Positions 52,163-61,704 of a DNA stretch of 64,000 nucleotides are shown in pieces (position 1 is the stretch's first letter; every line of letters begins with the position of its first letter). The DNA comes from a virus. Its lineage: Duplodnaviria > Caudoviricetes. The DNA lies in the IMG/VR virus record IMGVR_UViG_3300046713_000250, positions 1,597 to 65,596 of that record, one strand, 5' to 3'. Below the pieces are notes generated by a model. That model was not told the DNA's origin, ran no database searches, and saw only the letters and a program-made list of their open reading frames with translations. The position numbers were made by a program, and so were the translations under genes.

Positions 52163-55100
52163 GGCTTCCGCCAGGCCGCGCCGTTCGCGTTCTCGAACGC
52201 CTGGATCGCGATCACCGCCTGCCGGCCCACCTCGACCGGGTGCGCACCGGCCGCGACGTTGATGGTGATCTGGTAGGTCCGCGATCCGCCGCGGCCGGAG
52301 GGATCCACGTATTCGGTGCGGCCGGACATGTTGGCGCCGAGCGTGCCGGACGGCCAGAGCCCGCCCTTGTCGAACAGCCGTACCGGCGGGAAGTCGATGA
52401 GCCCGCCGGACGCCCGTGCCGCCCCGGTGTTGGCGAACTGCGTGAACCGGCGAGCCCGGGCCCCGATCCGGACGCCGGACGATCCGGTCGACTCGAACGG
52501 CATGCCCGCGATCTGGCCGGCCATGTGGCCGACGGACGCCGACGCCGGACTCTGGCCCGGGTGCGACCAGCCGGCCATCAGCGTGCCGAGCTTCTGCCGG
52601 GTGTCGAACCACCGACCGGGCAGGCTCTCGGTGGAGAACGTGTGGCTGTACGGGTTGTTGCCCTTGAGGATGTTGTACGCCGCGCTGACGATTCCGGAGC
52701 AGTCGTAGCCGCGCGGTCCGGCCGACGCCCAGATGTAGGGCTTGCCCGCCTGGTTCTGCACGAACGCCCGGGCCTGCACGGCGCGCTGCACGTTGTTGAG
52801 CGACCCGGAGACCGGACCGCCGATGCCGGTGATCCAGCCGATTGCCGAGCCGAGGAACTTCTTGGCCGAGCCGATCAGGAAATCCTTGATCATGCCGACG
52901 CCGGGGATCTGGTTGAGCAGCGCCTCAAATGGCTTGCGGATGGTCGCGCCCGGATTGGTCAGCGCACCCCACACGTCCTTGGTCCAGCCGACGAGCCCGC
53001 CGTCGGCGAACGCCCAGCCCTCCGACCCGTCGCCGGGATACTGGGCGAGCGGCCGACCGAGGTAGCGGGAGATCCCCGCGGCGCCGCCCTTCATTCCGGC
53101 GTTGACCCACTTGAGCAGCGGGAGCGCCTTGGCCGTGTCCTGCGCGTTGACCACGTACTCGCCGCCGGCCAGCTTCACCGCGCCGACGCCGGGGATCGTG
53201 GCCGGCGCCAGCCGGTTGTCGACGGCCGACGGCGCACCGGCAATCTTCCCGCCGGTCGCGTAGGCGGGTAGCTGCCCGCCGGTCGCGAAGCCCTTGATCG
53301 GCTCGACGCGGTCCTTCACGCCGACGATCGACGCCGCCTTGTTCAGGCCGTTGATGAACGGGTTGATCACGTGGTTGACCACGAACGTCACGGGCGCCTT
53401 TGCCGCAGCCTGCACGGCGCTCCATGCCTTGGAGATGAGCGAGACGCCGGTCTGGAAGCCCTTGACCACGGTGCCCTTGATGAAGCCGACGAACGCGTCG
53501 AACACCGGCTTGATCTTCGTGTTGTAGATGATGGAGAAGCCGAGCGCCAGCGTGTTCCACGCGTTGCGGACTGCGGCGAAGATCGGCGCGATGTAGTTGC
53601 GGTACCACCCGGCGACGGTGTTCGCCACGGCGTTGAAGATCCTGACGAACGTCGCCCGCAGGAATTCGACCGTTGCCAGCACCGGGCCGACCACGTAGGT
53701 CCGGAAGGCGTTGAACACCGCCTTGATGATGTTCCACCATGGGATCACCACGTAGTCGCGGATGTAGTTGAAGACCGCGGTGAACACCGTCTTGAGGAAG
53801 TTCACCGCCGCGCCGACCACCACGCGCACCACGTCCGAGAACAACTTGAAGACGATCTGCACGGCGAGCCACCAGATCTCGACGACCTTCTTGATCCCGT
53901 TGAACACGGGCTCGAAGATGTTGTGCCACAGCCACATGGCGATGCCCGCGACGAACTTGAACTCGGCCACGATGATCGCGATGTAGGTCTTCACCGCGGC
54001 GACCACGAAGCTGATGGCCGCCTGGATGCCGTGCCAGACCGGTTCGATCACGTTGTGCCAGAGCCACAGCCCGGCGGCCGCGATCGCGTCCCACGCCTTC
54101 TTGATCGCGGGCCACGCGACGTTGACGATCCAGTCGACGGTCGCGCCGATCGCCACCTTAATCGCGCCCCACACCGCCTGCACGATGTTGCGGAAGGCCT
54201 CGCTGTGCTTGTACGCATAGACGATCCCGGCCACGAGCGCGGCGATGGCAATGATGACCAGCGCGATCGGGTTGGCGTCCATCACGAGGTTGAACGCCGC
54301 CTGAACCCCGGTCCAGATCTTGGTGAGCGTCGTGACGATCTGGATCGACTTGATGTAGGCGAGGATGCCGCCGGCCGCCTGGACGCCGATCGCGAGATTG
54401 GCCAGTTTCTGCACGGCGAGGAAGGCCACCACCGCGCCCGCGACTATCTTGACCACTGTGGCGTGCTTGGCCAGATACCCCGACAGCACGGTGATCGCCG
54501 GGGTCAGCTTGGTGATGACGGTGGCTGCGATGCCCGCGAAGATGGGCAGCAACGGGGCCGCCGCGACGACGACCTGAGACAGCGGGCCGGCAAGCCCGGC
54601 GATCGCGGGTCCGAGCACCTGCAAGCTCTGCGCCAGCGCGGGCAGCACCGCGCCCAGCGAGGTGCGCAGCGCGGTGCCGAACTGCGCGAGGGTCGAGAAG
54701 ATCGCATCGAGGGCAGCCGTGCCCTGCACGCTCTTGAGGAACGCCGCCGCCTCGCCGGTCAGCAGGCGCAGGTTGGTCAGCAGGTCGCTGCCGCTCTTGT
54801 TCGCCGCGGTGAACACGCTCTGGATGACCGAGCCGACATTGAGGACGATGCCCACCAGTTGCTTGAGCGTGGTGATGCCGGCCTGGAAGAACTTCGAGAT
54901 CTCGCCCGACTTGGCCGCGCCCTGGATGAACGCGCCCACCTTGATCGCCAGATTGGTGAAGCCCTGCGCCAGCCCCGGCAGCTTGCCCGCCGTCGAGTTG
55001 ACCACCGCAGCGAACGCCTTCACCAGCGGATCGATCGATCCGCGCAACAGGATGGCCGCCACCCGGGTGTTCTTGAACGTGGACGTGACGGCCGCGAACA

Positions 55101-55842
55101 CCTGGCTGCGGCGCGCGGTCTGGGTGAACTGCTCGGCCAGCCCGCCCAGCGGCCCGGCGAGGTTGGACATCTGCGTCTTGAGCAGAGGAAGGTACTTGTC
55201 GGCCAGCGGCTTGATGTCGTCGGTCAGCGGCCGGAAGAATCGCTCGGCCACCGACTGACGCAGCGCATCGATCTTCGGCTTGAGCCCGACGATCACCTTC
55301 GTGAACCGCTGCGCCGACGGCGGTAGCGCATCCAGCGCCTTCTTCGCCTGCTGGGACGTGCCGGTCAACCCGGCGTTGATCGCCTTGCCAACGCCGGACG
55401 TGGCCACCTTGAACGTGCTGAGCGCGGCACCGGCGGCGCCGAGCACGGCGGGCAGACCGGCCACCACCCCGGCCGCCGGGGCCAGTGCGGCGGTCAGGTG
55501 CAGCACGCCGGGCGTCGCGACTAGGGCGGCGCCACCAAGAAGGGTGTACTTGGCGGATATCAGTGAGAGCGCCTTGCTGAACGCGCCGGATGACCCGCTG
55601 GATTCTTTGCCCAGGCTCTTGCTGAACGAGCGCCCGGTCTTGGTGCCGGCCTCCGTGCCGACCTTCTCCGAGTCCTTGACGAACTTGCCGCGCGAATCGC
55701 GCAGCCTGCCGTCGGAGCCGCGGGTGAAGCCGTCGCCGAAGGCTTTGCCGGCATCCTCGCCGGCCTTGTCACCCTCCTTGATGAACTCGCTCTTGTCGAC
55801 CTGCGGCCGGACACGAACGAACGCGGAGGCAAGAGCCACCAT
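52159..55842 (-). CDS. Tape measure protein with C-terminal NlpC/P60 peptidase
   Basis: 1227 aa; Trp/Phe-periodic helical repeats; 'GKPYIWAS...YDCSG...GHMAG'. Confidence 0.9.
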   Translation of the reverse strand: MVALASAFVRVRPQVDKSEFIKEGDKAGEDAGKAFGDGFTRGSDGRLRDSRGKFVKDSEKVGTEAGTKTGRSFSKSLGKESSGSSGAFSKALSLISAKYTLLGGAALVATPGVLHLTAALAPAAGVVAGLPAVLGAAGAALSTFKVATSGVGKAINAGLTGTSQQAKKALDALPPSAQRFTKVIVGLKPKIDALRQSVAERFFRPLTDDIKPLADKYLPLLKTQMSNLAGPLGGLAEQFTQTARRSQVFAAVTSTFKNTRVAAILLRGSIDPLVKAFAAVVNSTAGKLPGLAQGFTNLAIKVGAFIQGAAKSGEISKFFQAGITTLKQLVGIVLNVGSVIQSVFTAANKSGSDLLTNLRLLTGEAAAFLKSVQGTAALDAIFSTLAQFGTALRTSLGAVLPALAQSLQVLGPAIAGLAGPLSQVVVAAAPLLPIFAGIAATVITKLTPAITVLSGYLAKHATVVKIVAGAVVAFLAVQKLANLAIGVQAAGGILAYIKSIQIVTTLTKIWTGVQAAFNLVMDANPIALVIIAIAALVAGIVYAYKHSEAFRNIVQAVWGAIKVAIGATVDWIVNVAWPAIKKAWDAIAAAGLWLWHNVIEPVWHGIQAAISFVVAAVKTYIAIIVAEFKFVAGIAMWLWHNIFEPVFNGIKKVVEIWWLAVQIVFKLFSDVVRVVVGAAVNFLKTVFTAVFNYIRDYVVIPWWNIIKAVFNAFRTYVVGPVLATVEFLRATFVRIFNAVANTVAGWYRNYIAPIFAAVRNAWNTLALGFSIIYNTKIKPVFDAFVGFIKGTVVKGFQTGVSLISKAWSAVQAAAKAPVTFVVNHVINPFINGLNKAASIVGVKDRVEPIKGFATGGQLPAYATGGKIAGAPSAVDNRLAPATIPGVGAVKLAGGEYVVNAQDTAKALPLLKWVNAGMKGGAAGISRYLGRPLAQYPGDGSEGWAFADGGLVGWTKDVWGALTNPGATIRKPFEALLNQIPGVGMIKDFLIGSAKKFLGSAIGWITGIGGPVSGSLNNVQRAVQARAFVQNQAGKPYIWASAGPRGYDCSGIVSAAYNILKGNNPYSHTFSTESLPGRWFDTRQKLGTLMAGWSHPGQSPASASVGHMAGQIAGMPFESTGSSGVRIGARARRFTQFANTGAARASGGLIDFPPVRLFDKGGLWPSGTLGANMSGRTEYVDPSGRGGSRTYQITINVAAGAHPVEVGRQAVIAIQAFENANGAAWRKP

Positions 55843-56150
55843 CAGCTCTCACCTCCGCTGTCGTCCACGCCCATGCGAAGCACACGGTTGGCCTGGTTGT
55901 TCATCTCGCCCCACCCGTAGATCTGCTCGTCGATCTGCTGCCGCTGGTCCGCTTCCAGACCTTGGGTCAACATCGCGTAGGCGGCATTGAGCGCCACCCG
56001 CAGCGGCATGTCGTCTAGCGGCCCAGATCCGCTACGGGCGTCAGCCCAGCCACATCGGGGTGCATGACCTGCGAGGACGAGGCGGCCCTCGAACTCGCCG
56101 AAGTTGTCCGCGATCCACCCGAGGAGAGCTCTCGCGGCTTGGTAGGGCGG
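55842..56150 (-). CDS. Tail assembly chaperone extension (G-T type, probably reached by -1 frameshift)
   Basis: Open -1 frame overlapping the TAC 3' end and ending at the tape measure start; start coordinate approximate. Confidence 0.5.
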   Translation of the reverse strand, partial: PPYQAARALLGWIADNFGEFEGRLVLAGHAPRCGWADARSGSGPLDDMPLRVALNAAYAMLTQGLEADQRQQIDEQIYGWGEMNNQANRVLRMGVDDSGGES

Positions 56151-56656
56151 GCGGCCATGATCTCCATTGCCCGGTTGACGAAGTCCATGATCTCGTCGCC
56201 GTCGGCCAGTTCGTCCTCGGCGAGGTCTAGAAAACGGTTCCACTCCTTCTCGTCGCGCAGCTTCTTGCCGTTGACGTCGACCTGCTGCTGACCGTGCTCG
56301 TCCAGCAGCGGCGGGCGGTGGACGACCGACCGGATGAGCGAGTGCATCGCGGCCAGGCCCTCCATGTCATCGGAGTCGAGCCCACGATTGGCTGCGGCGC
56401 CGAACCGGATCATCGGCGCGAGGCCGACCTTGTCCGCCAGCCGGAACTTCTCGCCGTAGAACTCGAGGTAGTCGCCGTCCGGATCGAGCACGACCCCCTC
56501 GGCCGCAGCCTGCGCGTCGCGCGAGGTCGGCTCGGCCATCGGCGTATCGCGCGGAAGCGTGGTGTAGTACGGCTGGCCGGCCGACGGCTGGTCCGGCATG
56601 TCGACCCACGGCGGGGGCGGCCACGTACCGCCGGCGTTCATCTGGACATCAGCCAC
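56015..56656 (-). CDS. Tail assembly chaperone
   Basis: Between major tail and tape measure; 'ARPT' followed by a Ser-rich tail. Confidence 0.7.
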   Translation of the reverse strand: MADVQMNAGGTWPPPPWVDMPDQPSAGQPYYTTLPRDTPMAEPTSRDAQAAAEGVVLDPDGDYLEFYGEKFRLADKVGLAPMIRFGAAANRGLDSDDMEGLAAMHSLIRSVVHRPPLLDEHGQQQVDVNGKKLRDEKEWNRFLDLAEDELADGDEIMDFVNRAMEIMAARPTKPRELSSGGSRTTSASSRAASSSQVMHPDVAGLTPVADLGR

Positions 56657-57230
56657 GGTTGGTACCCGCCGCAGCGAAGTAGATCGGCTGCGAGGACGCG
56701 TCCGGCTCGAAGGTGAACGTCAGCGGGAGGCTGGCGTTGTCCGCGCCCTTCTTGCGCTGGATGCCCACCGACCCGGTCTGGAAGGTCTGCATCCCCCACC
56801 AGCGCTCGGTGCCGTCCACCGCCTCCCATCCGATCTGCTGGCGGACCTCGGCGCCGATCTGCGGCAGCGTGAACGTGGTCAGCAGCGTGGTGCCCGCGCC
56901 GGAGGTCGCCTTGGTGCCGCCGTTGAACGCGCGCTTGTAGTTGGTCAGGTGGATCTGCATGACCTCGAACTCGGCCGTGATGGTGCGACCGGTCACGACG
57001 TTGAGCAGCGGGTCGACGTACTCGGCCGCCTCCACCGCGTCGGTGTCGATGCCGATGTTCAGGGTGTGGCCCTCGCGGGTGACGCCCCACAGGTTCCAGC
57101 CGACGGGCCAGGTGTCGGTGAACACCGAGCCGACGACGGTGTTGGTCGGCGCCGACACGCCGAGGTCGGACACGTAGAGATATCCGGCGCCGAAACTGAG
57201 TGCGCCCTTCGGGACTGTCACCGCTGGCAT
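56649..57230 (-). CDS. Major tail protein
   Basis: 'GAGYLY...P...W...G.TREG','LPLTF.FE'; AAGGAG SD. Confidence 0.8.
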   Translation of the reverse strand: MPAVTVPKGALSFGAGYLYVSDLGVSAPTNTVVGSVFTDTWPVGWNLWGVTREGHTLNIGIDTDAVEAAEYVDPLLNVVTGRTITAEFEVMQIHLTNYKRAFNGGTKATSGAGTTLLTTFTLPQIGAEVRQQIGWEAVDGTERWWGMQTFQTGSVGIQRKKGADNASLPLTFTFEPDASSQPIYFAAAGTNRG

Positions 57231-57396
57231 GGATCACTCCTCAGATCAAAGCCCCCGAGGGGCGTACTGAAGACCCGCACCTCTCGTGAGGCCGGGTGGC
57301 TAAGGTGGTGGGCAAAGTGCCCGGTGTAACCCGCGCAGGTTGAGCGAAGCAACCAGCGCCGCCCCCGGCGGACCGCGTGGCGGTCATCGGGCCCGA

Positions 57397-57468
57397 CCCG
57401 GGCTAGCTCAGTGGAGAGCGCTCGCCGAACGCAGGGGCGAAAGGTTGGGTTCGACTCCCCGCCTGGGA
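57397..57468 (+). ncRNA. Degenerate tRNA-like element antisense to the tail operon
   Basis: CCCGGGC/GCCTGGG+A; TA-GCTC-AGTGGA-GAGC; TCGCC/GGCGA with 9-nt loop; GGG-TTCGACT-CCC. Confidence 0.6.
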
Positions 57469-57634
57469 CGACAGCTAAAATGTCAGCAATGTGGTCGGCT
57501 GTATCCGCGATGAAGCCGACAGGTGTCGCAGGGGCACCGGGCGCGGCTCGCATCCCCTCCGGGCGGTAGACCAGCATCTATTGCCGCCGAGCGCTCCGGT
57601 CCGCCGGAGCGTTCGTGCTGTCTACGCTGGGCAG

Positions 57635-57835
57635 ATGGAGACGATCGTTCAATTCCTCGGGCGTGGTGACACGTTCATGGCCCACGGCCAGTTGCACACC
57701 ATAAAGCACCGGTGCCGAGACGGCGCACGGCGCAAGGTGCTGGTCATCGGCGAGCGCGCGGACGGCAACTACTTCGAGGCCGAGTTCGATTGGGGCGAGA
57801 CCGTCGACACGCTGGAACCTGCGGTTACGCTGTAG
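57635..57835 (+). CDS. Small counter-oriented protein, probably leaderless
   Basis: TACGCT-N6-ATG; METIVQFLGRGDTF... Confidence 0.55.
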   Translation: METIVQFLGRGDTFMAHGQLHTIKHRCRDGARRKVLVIGERADGNYFEAEFDWGETVDTLEPAVTL

Positions 57836-57839
57836 GTCC

Positions 57840-57980
57840 GCCCGGGGCGCGCAAGCGGGTCGTCAACGCCGGTACCGGCGAGCGGCGAACCTAGGGAAGG
57901 CGTTGGCAAGTCGACTGGACGGCGGCGACGGCCGTGGACCGACTGATACTGCGGCGACCGGAACGATGGGGACCTCGGGC
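57840..57980 (+). ncRNA. Putative multibranch structured RNA
   Basis: Nested stems GCCCGGGG/CCTCGGGC, CGC-GCAA-GCG, GGTCGTC/GGCGACC, AACGCC/GGCGTT, AGTCG/CGACT. Confidence 0.5.
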
Positions 57981-57982
57981 CG

Positions 57983-58078
57983 CTAGCCGGTCATCCACGT
58001 GTTGATGATCGCGAGCGTCACCAGCAGGGCCAGCAGCGCGCAGATCAGGACGAGCCACACCCACGTCCGGTTGCTCAC
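57983..58078 (-). CDS. Small TM peptide
   Basis: VSNRTWVWLVLICALLALLVTLAIINTWMTG. Confidence 0.45.
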   Translation of the reverse strand: MSNRTWVWLVLICALLALLVTLAIINTWMTG

Positions 58079-58503
58079 GCGGGCCGGATCCGCACGGTCC
58101 AGTTGAGCAGCAGCCGCGGCCGGTCGCCGTCGGGCACATATGCCGGCCCCTGGATGTCGTCGACCGCGTAGATGACCGCTCCCGTGACCGCGGTCTCGCG
58201 GCCCTCGAGCTGCGTGCTCAGCTCCTCGGCCAGCGCGGTAGCGGCGAGCCCGGCGGCCTCGCGGGTGTCCGCGTAGATCTGCGCCGACATGGCCGCGAGC
58301 ATGTCCGGGCTCTCCGGCGAGTCCGCGCTGCGGAACGAGATGCCCTCTTCCAGGTACGCGTACGCCGCAGGCGCCCCACCCGAGATCTTCTTCAGGTGCG
58401 CGCCCTGCTGGAGCGGATGCCCGACGCCGACCAGCGTGGCCGTGCGCGAGTTGATCCATTCCCGCATCACGCCCACCGCATCGGCGTAGGTCCGCGCGGT
58501 CAC
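58075..58503 (-). CDS. Tail terminator
   Basis: Size, position, 'SAQIYADTREAA..AA'. Confidence 0.65.
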   Translation of the reverse strand: MTARTYADAVGVMREWINSRTATLVGVGHPLQQGAHLKKISGGAPAAYAYLEEGISFRSADSPESPDMLAAMSAQIYADTREAAGLAATALAEELSTQLEGRETAVTGAVIYAVDDIQGPAYVPDGDRPRLLLNWTVRIRPA

Positions 58504-58934
58504 CGGAACACGCGCCCCACGAGGTCGGCCAGCGCCGCTCGGCACCACGGGTAGGGCGGCGTACCGGGGTGATCGACGCGGTAGCCGAACACGTTGCCGT
58601 GTGAGTCGCGCAGCGGGTAGCCCGGCCCCTTCGGCTCGATCACGTGAGGAGCGGTGCCGAGCTCAAGTCCTAGGGGGTAGGGGTAGCCCTCCGGCGTCTC
58701 GGCATCCGAGCCGATGTCGCGGTACGGGCCGGCCTCGTCCCGGCCGCGCTCGACGTGGATACGGTCGCGCGCGTAGCCGGCCGGCCGGCCGTTGCTGCCG
58801 TCGGCCGAGACCGGGATGCGCCGCTTCTGGCCGCCGGCCACGATGACCGCGGCCTGGTCCAGCCAGTCCTCGGACAGGCCGAGCACGCCGACCTCCCAGC
58901 GCGGGTCCATGACCACCACGACGTCGCGCGCCAC
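58500..58934 (-). CDS. HK97 gp10-like neck protein
   Basis: 'LELGTAPHVI.P...VDHPGT.PYPW'. Confidence 0.75.
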   Translation of the reverse strand: MARDVVVVMDPRWEVGVLGLSEDWLDQAAVIVAGGQKRRIPVSADGSNGRPAGYARDRIHVERGRDEAGPYRDIGSDAETPEGYPYPLGLELGTAPHVIEPKGPGYPLRDSHGNVFGYRVDHPGTPPYPWCRAALADLVGRVFR

Positions 58935-58936
58935 GG

Positions 58937-59443
58937 TCAGCCCTGACTCGCCTCGGTGGCCGCGACGGCCACGGTGTCACCCGGCTGCGGCGCGTACGCC
59001 TGCAGGTCGGCCTTGGTGGTCGTGTCGGCGTACGCCCACGTCTCGTCGGCGCCCATCCGCGCGGCGTACGCCTGCCACTCGGCCTTCTTGGCGGTATCGG
59101 CCGGCCGCACGGGCTGCTCGCCCTGCTCGCTGACGCCCACCGCCTCGAGGTCCTCCTGGCTGGTCTCGGCCGCCTGCTGCGCGTCCATGCCGTTGGCGAC
59201 CGCCCACGACTCCCACGTCGCCCGGTTGTCGGCCTCGGTCGGGCGGCGCGGGGTGGGGGCAACGGCGGGCTCGTCGGCAGGCAGGTCGCCCTCGACCACG
59301 TCCGCGTCCGGATCGTTGGCGGTGCCGACGGTCAGCGACCACGCGTCCACGACCGACGCCATGATCGGCTGGCCGCGGTGGTAGCCGTAGACGCTGGTGC
59401 CCGGTGCCAGGATGCTGCGCAGCGCGGTGTACTCGTTGGCCAT
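58937..59443 (-). CDS. Head-tail region protein with two RP...W..(W/Y)A repeats
   Basis: 'RPTEADNRATWESWA','RPADTAKKAEWQAYA'. Confidence 0.6.
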   Translation of the reverse strand: MANEYTALRSILAPGTSVYGYHRGQPIMASVVDAWSLTVGTANDPDADVVEGDLPADEPAVAPTPRRPTEADNRATWESWAVANGMDAQQAAETSQEDLEAVGVSEQGEQPVRPADTAKKAEWQAYAARMGADETWAYADTTTKADLQAYAPQPGDTVAVAATEASQG

Positions 59444-59451
59444 GACGTCTC

Positions 59452-59772
59452 CTAGGTGTTCGTGATGTAGTAGGTGACCTCGGCCGCCGTGCCGTTGATC
59501 GCCACGGCTACCCGGCCGCTGGCGTCGCCGGTGAGCGGGTCGATGCGCGACTGGTAGGCCGCGCCGGCCGCGATGGTGAGCACGCGGCTGGAGATGGACA
59601 GGCCCTGATCCGTCTTGTTGTTGGTCAGGGTGACGGTGTGCGAGCCCGCGCCGCCGTTGACCCACAGGACGGTGGATCCGGCGGGGACGGTGTCCGCGCT
59701 CGCGGTTCCCGTGCGCTTGGTCAGCGTGCCGCCGGTGATGCTGTCCACCGAGTCCGCAGCGAAGTCGGTCAT
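59452..59772 (-). CDS. Putative virion protein
   Basis: 106 aa Thr/Gly-rich beta protein. Confidence 0.55.
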   Translation of the reverse strand: MTDFAADSVDSITGGTLTKRTGTASADTVPAGSTVLWVNGGAGSHTVTLTNNKTDQGLSISSRVLTIAAGAAYQSRIDPLTGDASGRVAVAINGTAAEVTYYITNT

Positions 59773-59787
59773 CGATCCTCCAAGATC

Positions 59788-60525
59788 CTAGAGATAGCTG
59801 TCGCCCCACGGCACCGGATCGGGTCCCCTGAGCACGGGTACGGCGTTGAGCGTGGTGCTGCCGGTGTTGTCGACGGCGGACGTGAGCACCTTCAGGTCGG
59901 CCTGCGCCTGGCGCATCAGGTCGGCTGCCCGGGCCACCGTCTCGGCGTCGCGGGCGAACGCGCGGCAGAGCGTGGCGGCCGCCCATGTCGCGGCGACCGA
60001 GCGGGCCATGCGCGGCAGCGTGCCGGTCAGCGTGCCGAAGCCGGCGCCGACTATCGACACGGCGATGTCGATGTGCCGCTGGGCCTGCTCGTCGGTCGGC
60101 GAGGTGTAGCCGGTGAACGTGCCGAGGTAGACCTGCGAGCCGGGGATGGTCGGGTCGATCGTCAGATAGGGCACGTGGTCGGCCACGTCCGACAGGAACG
60201 GCGACCACGACGGCCGGGTGCTGGTGCCCGGCAGGGGAGCGACGTTGTAGACCTTCGGCGTAACCGAGGCGCCGGTACCGGTCACCTTCCACACGGCCAG
60301 CCAGTCGCCGGCGGCGGCCAGCACCGTGCCCGACACCGTGCCGTCGTCGGTCGCGTAGAACTGCGCGGTCTTCTCGTCGCCCACCCACGCGCCGGGCGTG
60401 ACCGCGATCGACGTGCCGTCCGGGCGCTGCAGCGTCACGGTGGCGACCGTGGATCCGTCGGGCGTGACGCCCAGCTTGAGCCGGCTGGTGATCGGGTCGC
60501 CCAGGTCGTACACCGTCTGCGGCAT
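59788..60525 (-). CDS. Head-tail adaptor with N-terminal Ig-like domain
   Basis: N-terminal 'LQRPDGT...GDWLAVWKVTGTG'; helical C-terminal adaptor-like domain. Confidence 0.65.
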   Translation of the reverse strand: MPQTVYDLGDPITSRLKLGVTPDGSTVATVTLQRPDGTSIAVTPGAWVGDEKTAQFYATDDGTVSGTVLAAAGDWLAVWKVTGTGASVTPKVYNVAPLPGTSTRPSWSPFLSDVADHVPYLTIDPTIPGSQVYLGTFTGYTSPTDEQAQRHIDIAVSIVGAGFGTLTGTLPRMARSVAATWAAATLCRAFARDAETVARAADLMRQAQADLKVLTSAVDNTGSTTLNAVPVLRGPDPVPWGDSYL

Positions 60526-61685
60526 CAGTACACTCCCGTCGCGCTGGCGTAGACCGGATCGCCGGTCACAGTGCCGACGGCCGGATCGCCCGTCGCCTTG
60601 GATGTCGCCGGGTCGCCGGTCACCGCAGGCCGGCCCGTGATCAGGCTCGGTACGAAGAAGAGCGAGTCCGCCGCCGAGCCGCTGTCGTTCAGGGACTTCA
60701 GGACGAACGCGTTGTCCTGCCCGACCACGGTGTCCACCGCGTGCCCGGTGTCGGTGAGTGCCAGCGTGACCTGCACGCTGAGCGTGTCGGCAGCGGAGCC
60801 CGCGTCCGCCAGCGGTGCCGCGACCGAGGTCACCGCCAGCGTGGTGGCCGCCGAGCCGGTGTCGGCCAGGGCCGGCGCCACACTCACGCCGAGCGCGTCG
60901 GCGCCGGATCCGGCGTCGGCCAGCGATGCCGACGCGGTAGCCGTCAGCGTCTCGGCAGACGCCCCGGTGTCGGCAAGGGCCTTGTTCGTGCCGAGACCGT
61001 TGTCGATCGCGTCCGACGCGGCGCCGGTGTCGGCGAGCGGAACGGTCGCGGTGGCGGTCAGCGAGTCGGCCGCCGCCGCGCTGTCGGCGAGCGAGGCGGT
61101 GACGCTCGCGATCAACGACTCGGCGGAAGATGCCGCGTCCGCCAGCGGTGCCGCGGCGGTAGCGGTCAGCGACTGGGCGGCCGACCCGGTGTCCGCGAGC
61201 GGGACGGCCGCAGTTACCGCCAGCGCGTCGGCGCCGGTCGCCGTGTCGGCGAGCGGGACCGTCGCCGTGACGGTGAGCGTGTCGGCCGCCGAGCCGGTGT
61301 CGGTCAGCGACTTGGTCGTGCCGAGCCCGTTGTCCAGGACGTCGGACGCCGCGCCGGCGTCGGCGAGCGGAGCCGCGACCGTGACCGTCAGGGAATCAAC
61401 GGCCGATCCGGCGTCGGCCAGCGGCGCGGCAACCGTGGCCGCCAGCGCCTCGGCGCTCGAGCTCGTGTCCGCCAGCGGCGTGGCTGCGGCTGCGGTCAGT
61501 GCCTCGGTCCCGGCGCCGGCGTCGGCGTGCGGGACGGCTGCGGTAGCCGTGAGCGCCTCGGCCTCGGACCCGGAGTCGGCCAGCGATATGGCTGTCGGTC
61601 CGGTGACCGGCTGGGTGTAAATGACCGAGTGGCGGGTGCCCGCAGTGCCCTGCTGCGGAAGTGGATATCGGACGAGGTTGCTCAC
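60525..61685 (-). CDS. Repeat-rich fibre-like protein (17 repeats of ~18 aa)
   Basis: LAD(T/A)GSAADxLxxTxxAP repeats; C-terminal TGDP 9-aa repeats. Confidence 0.7.
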   Translation of the reverse strand: MSNLVRYPLPQQGTAGTRHSVIYTQPVTGPTAISLADSGSEAEALTATAAVPHADAGAGTEALTAAAATPLADTSSSAEALAATVAAPLADAGSAVDSLTVTVAAPLADAGAASDVLDNGLGTTKSLTDTGSAADTLTVTATVPLADTATGADALAVTAAVPLADTGSAAQSLTATAAAPLADAASSAESLIASVTASLADSAAAADSLTATATVPLADTGAASDAIDNGLGTNKALADTGASAETLTATASASLADAGSGADALGVSVAPALADTGSAATTLAVTSVAAPLADAGSAADTLSVQVTLALTDTGHAVDTVVGQDNAFVLKSLNDSGSAADSLFFVPSLITGRPAVTGDPATSKATGDPAVGTVTGDPVYASATGVY

Positions 61686-61704
61686 CAGCTACCTCCTCCG
61701 GCTG

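Noticed and set aside
60525-61685. DNA-level tandem repeat or diversity-generating retroelement target
   Set aside because: Repeats are conserved at peptide level and degenerate in DNA; no reverse transcriptase seen
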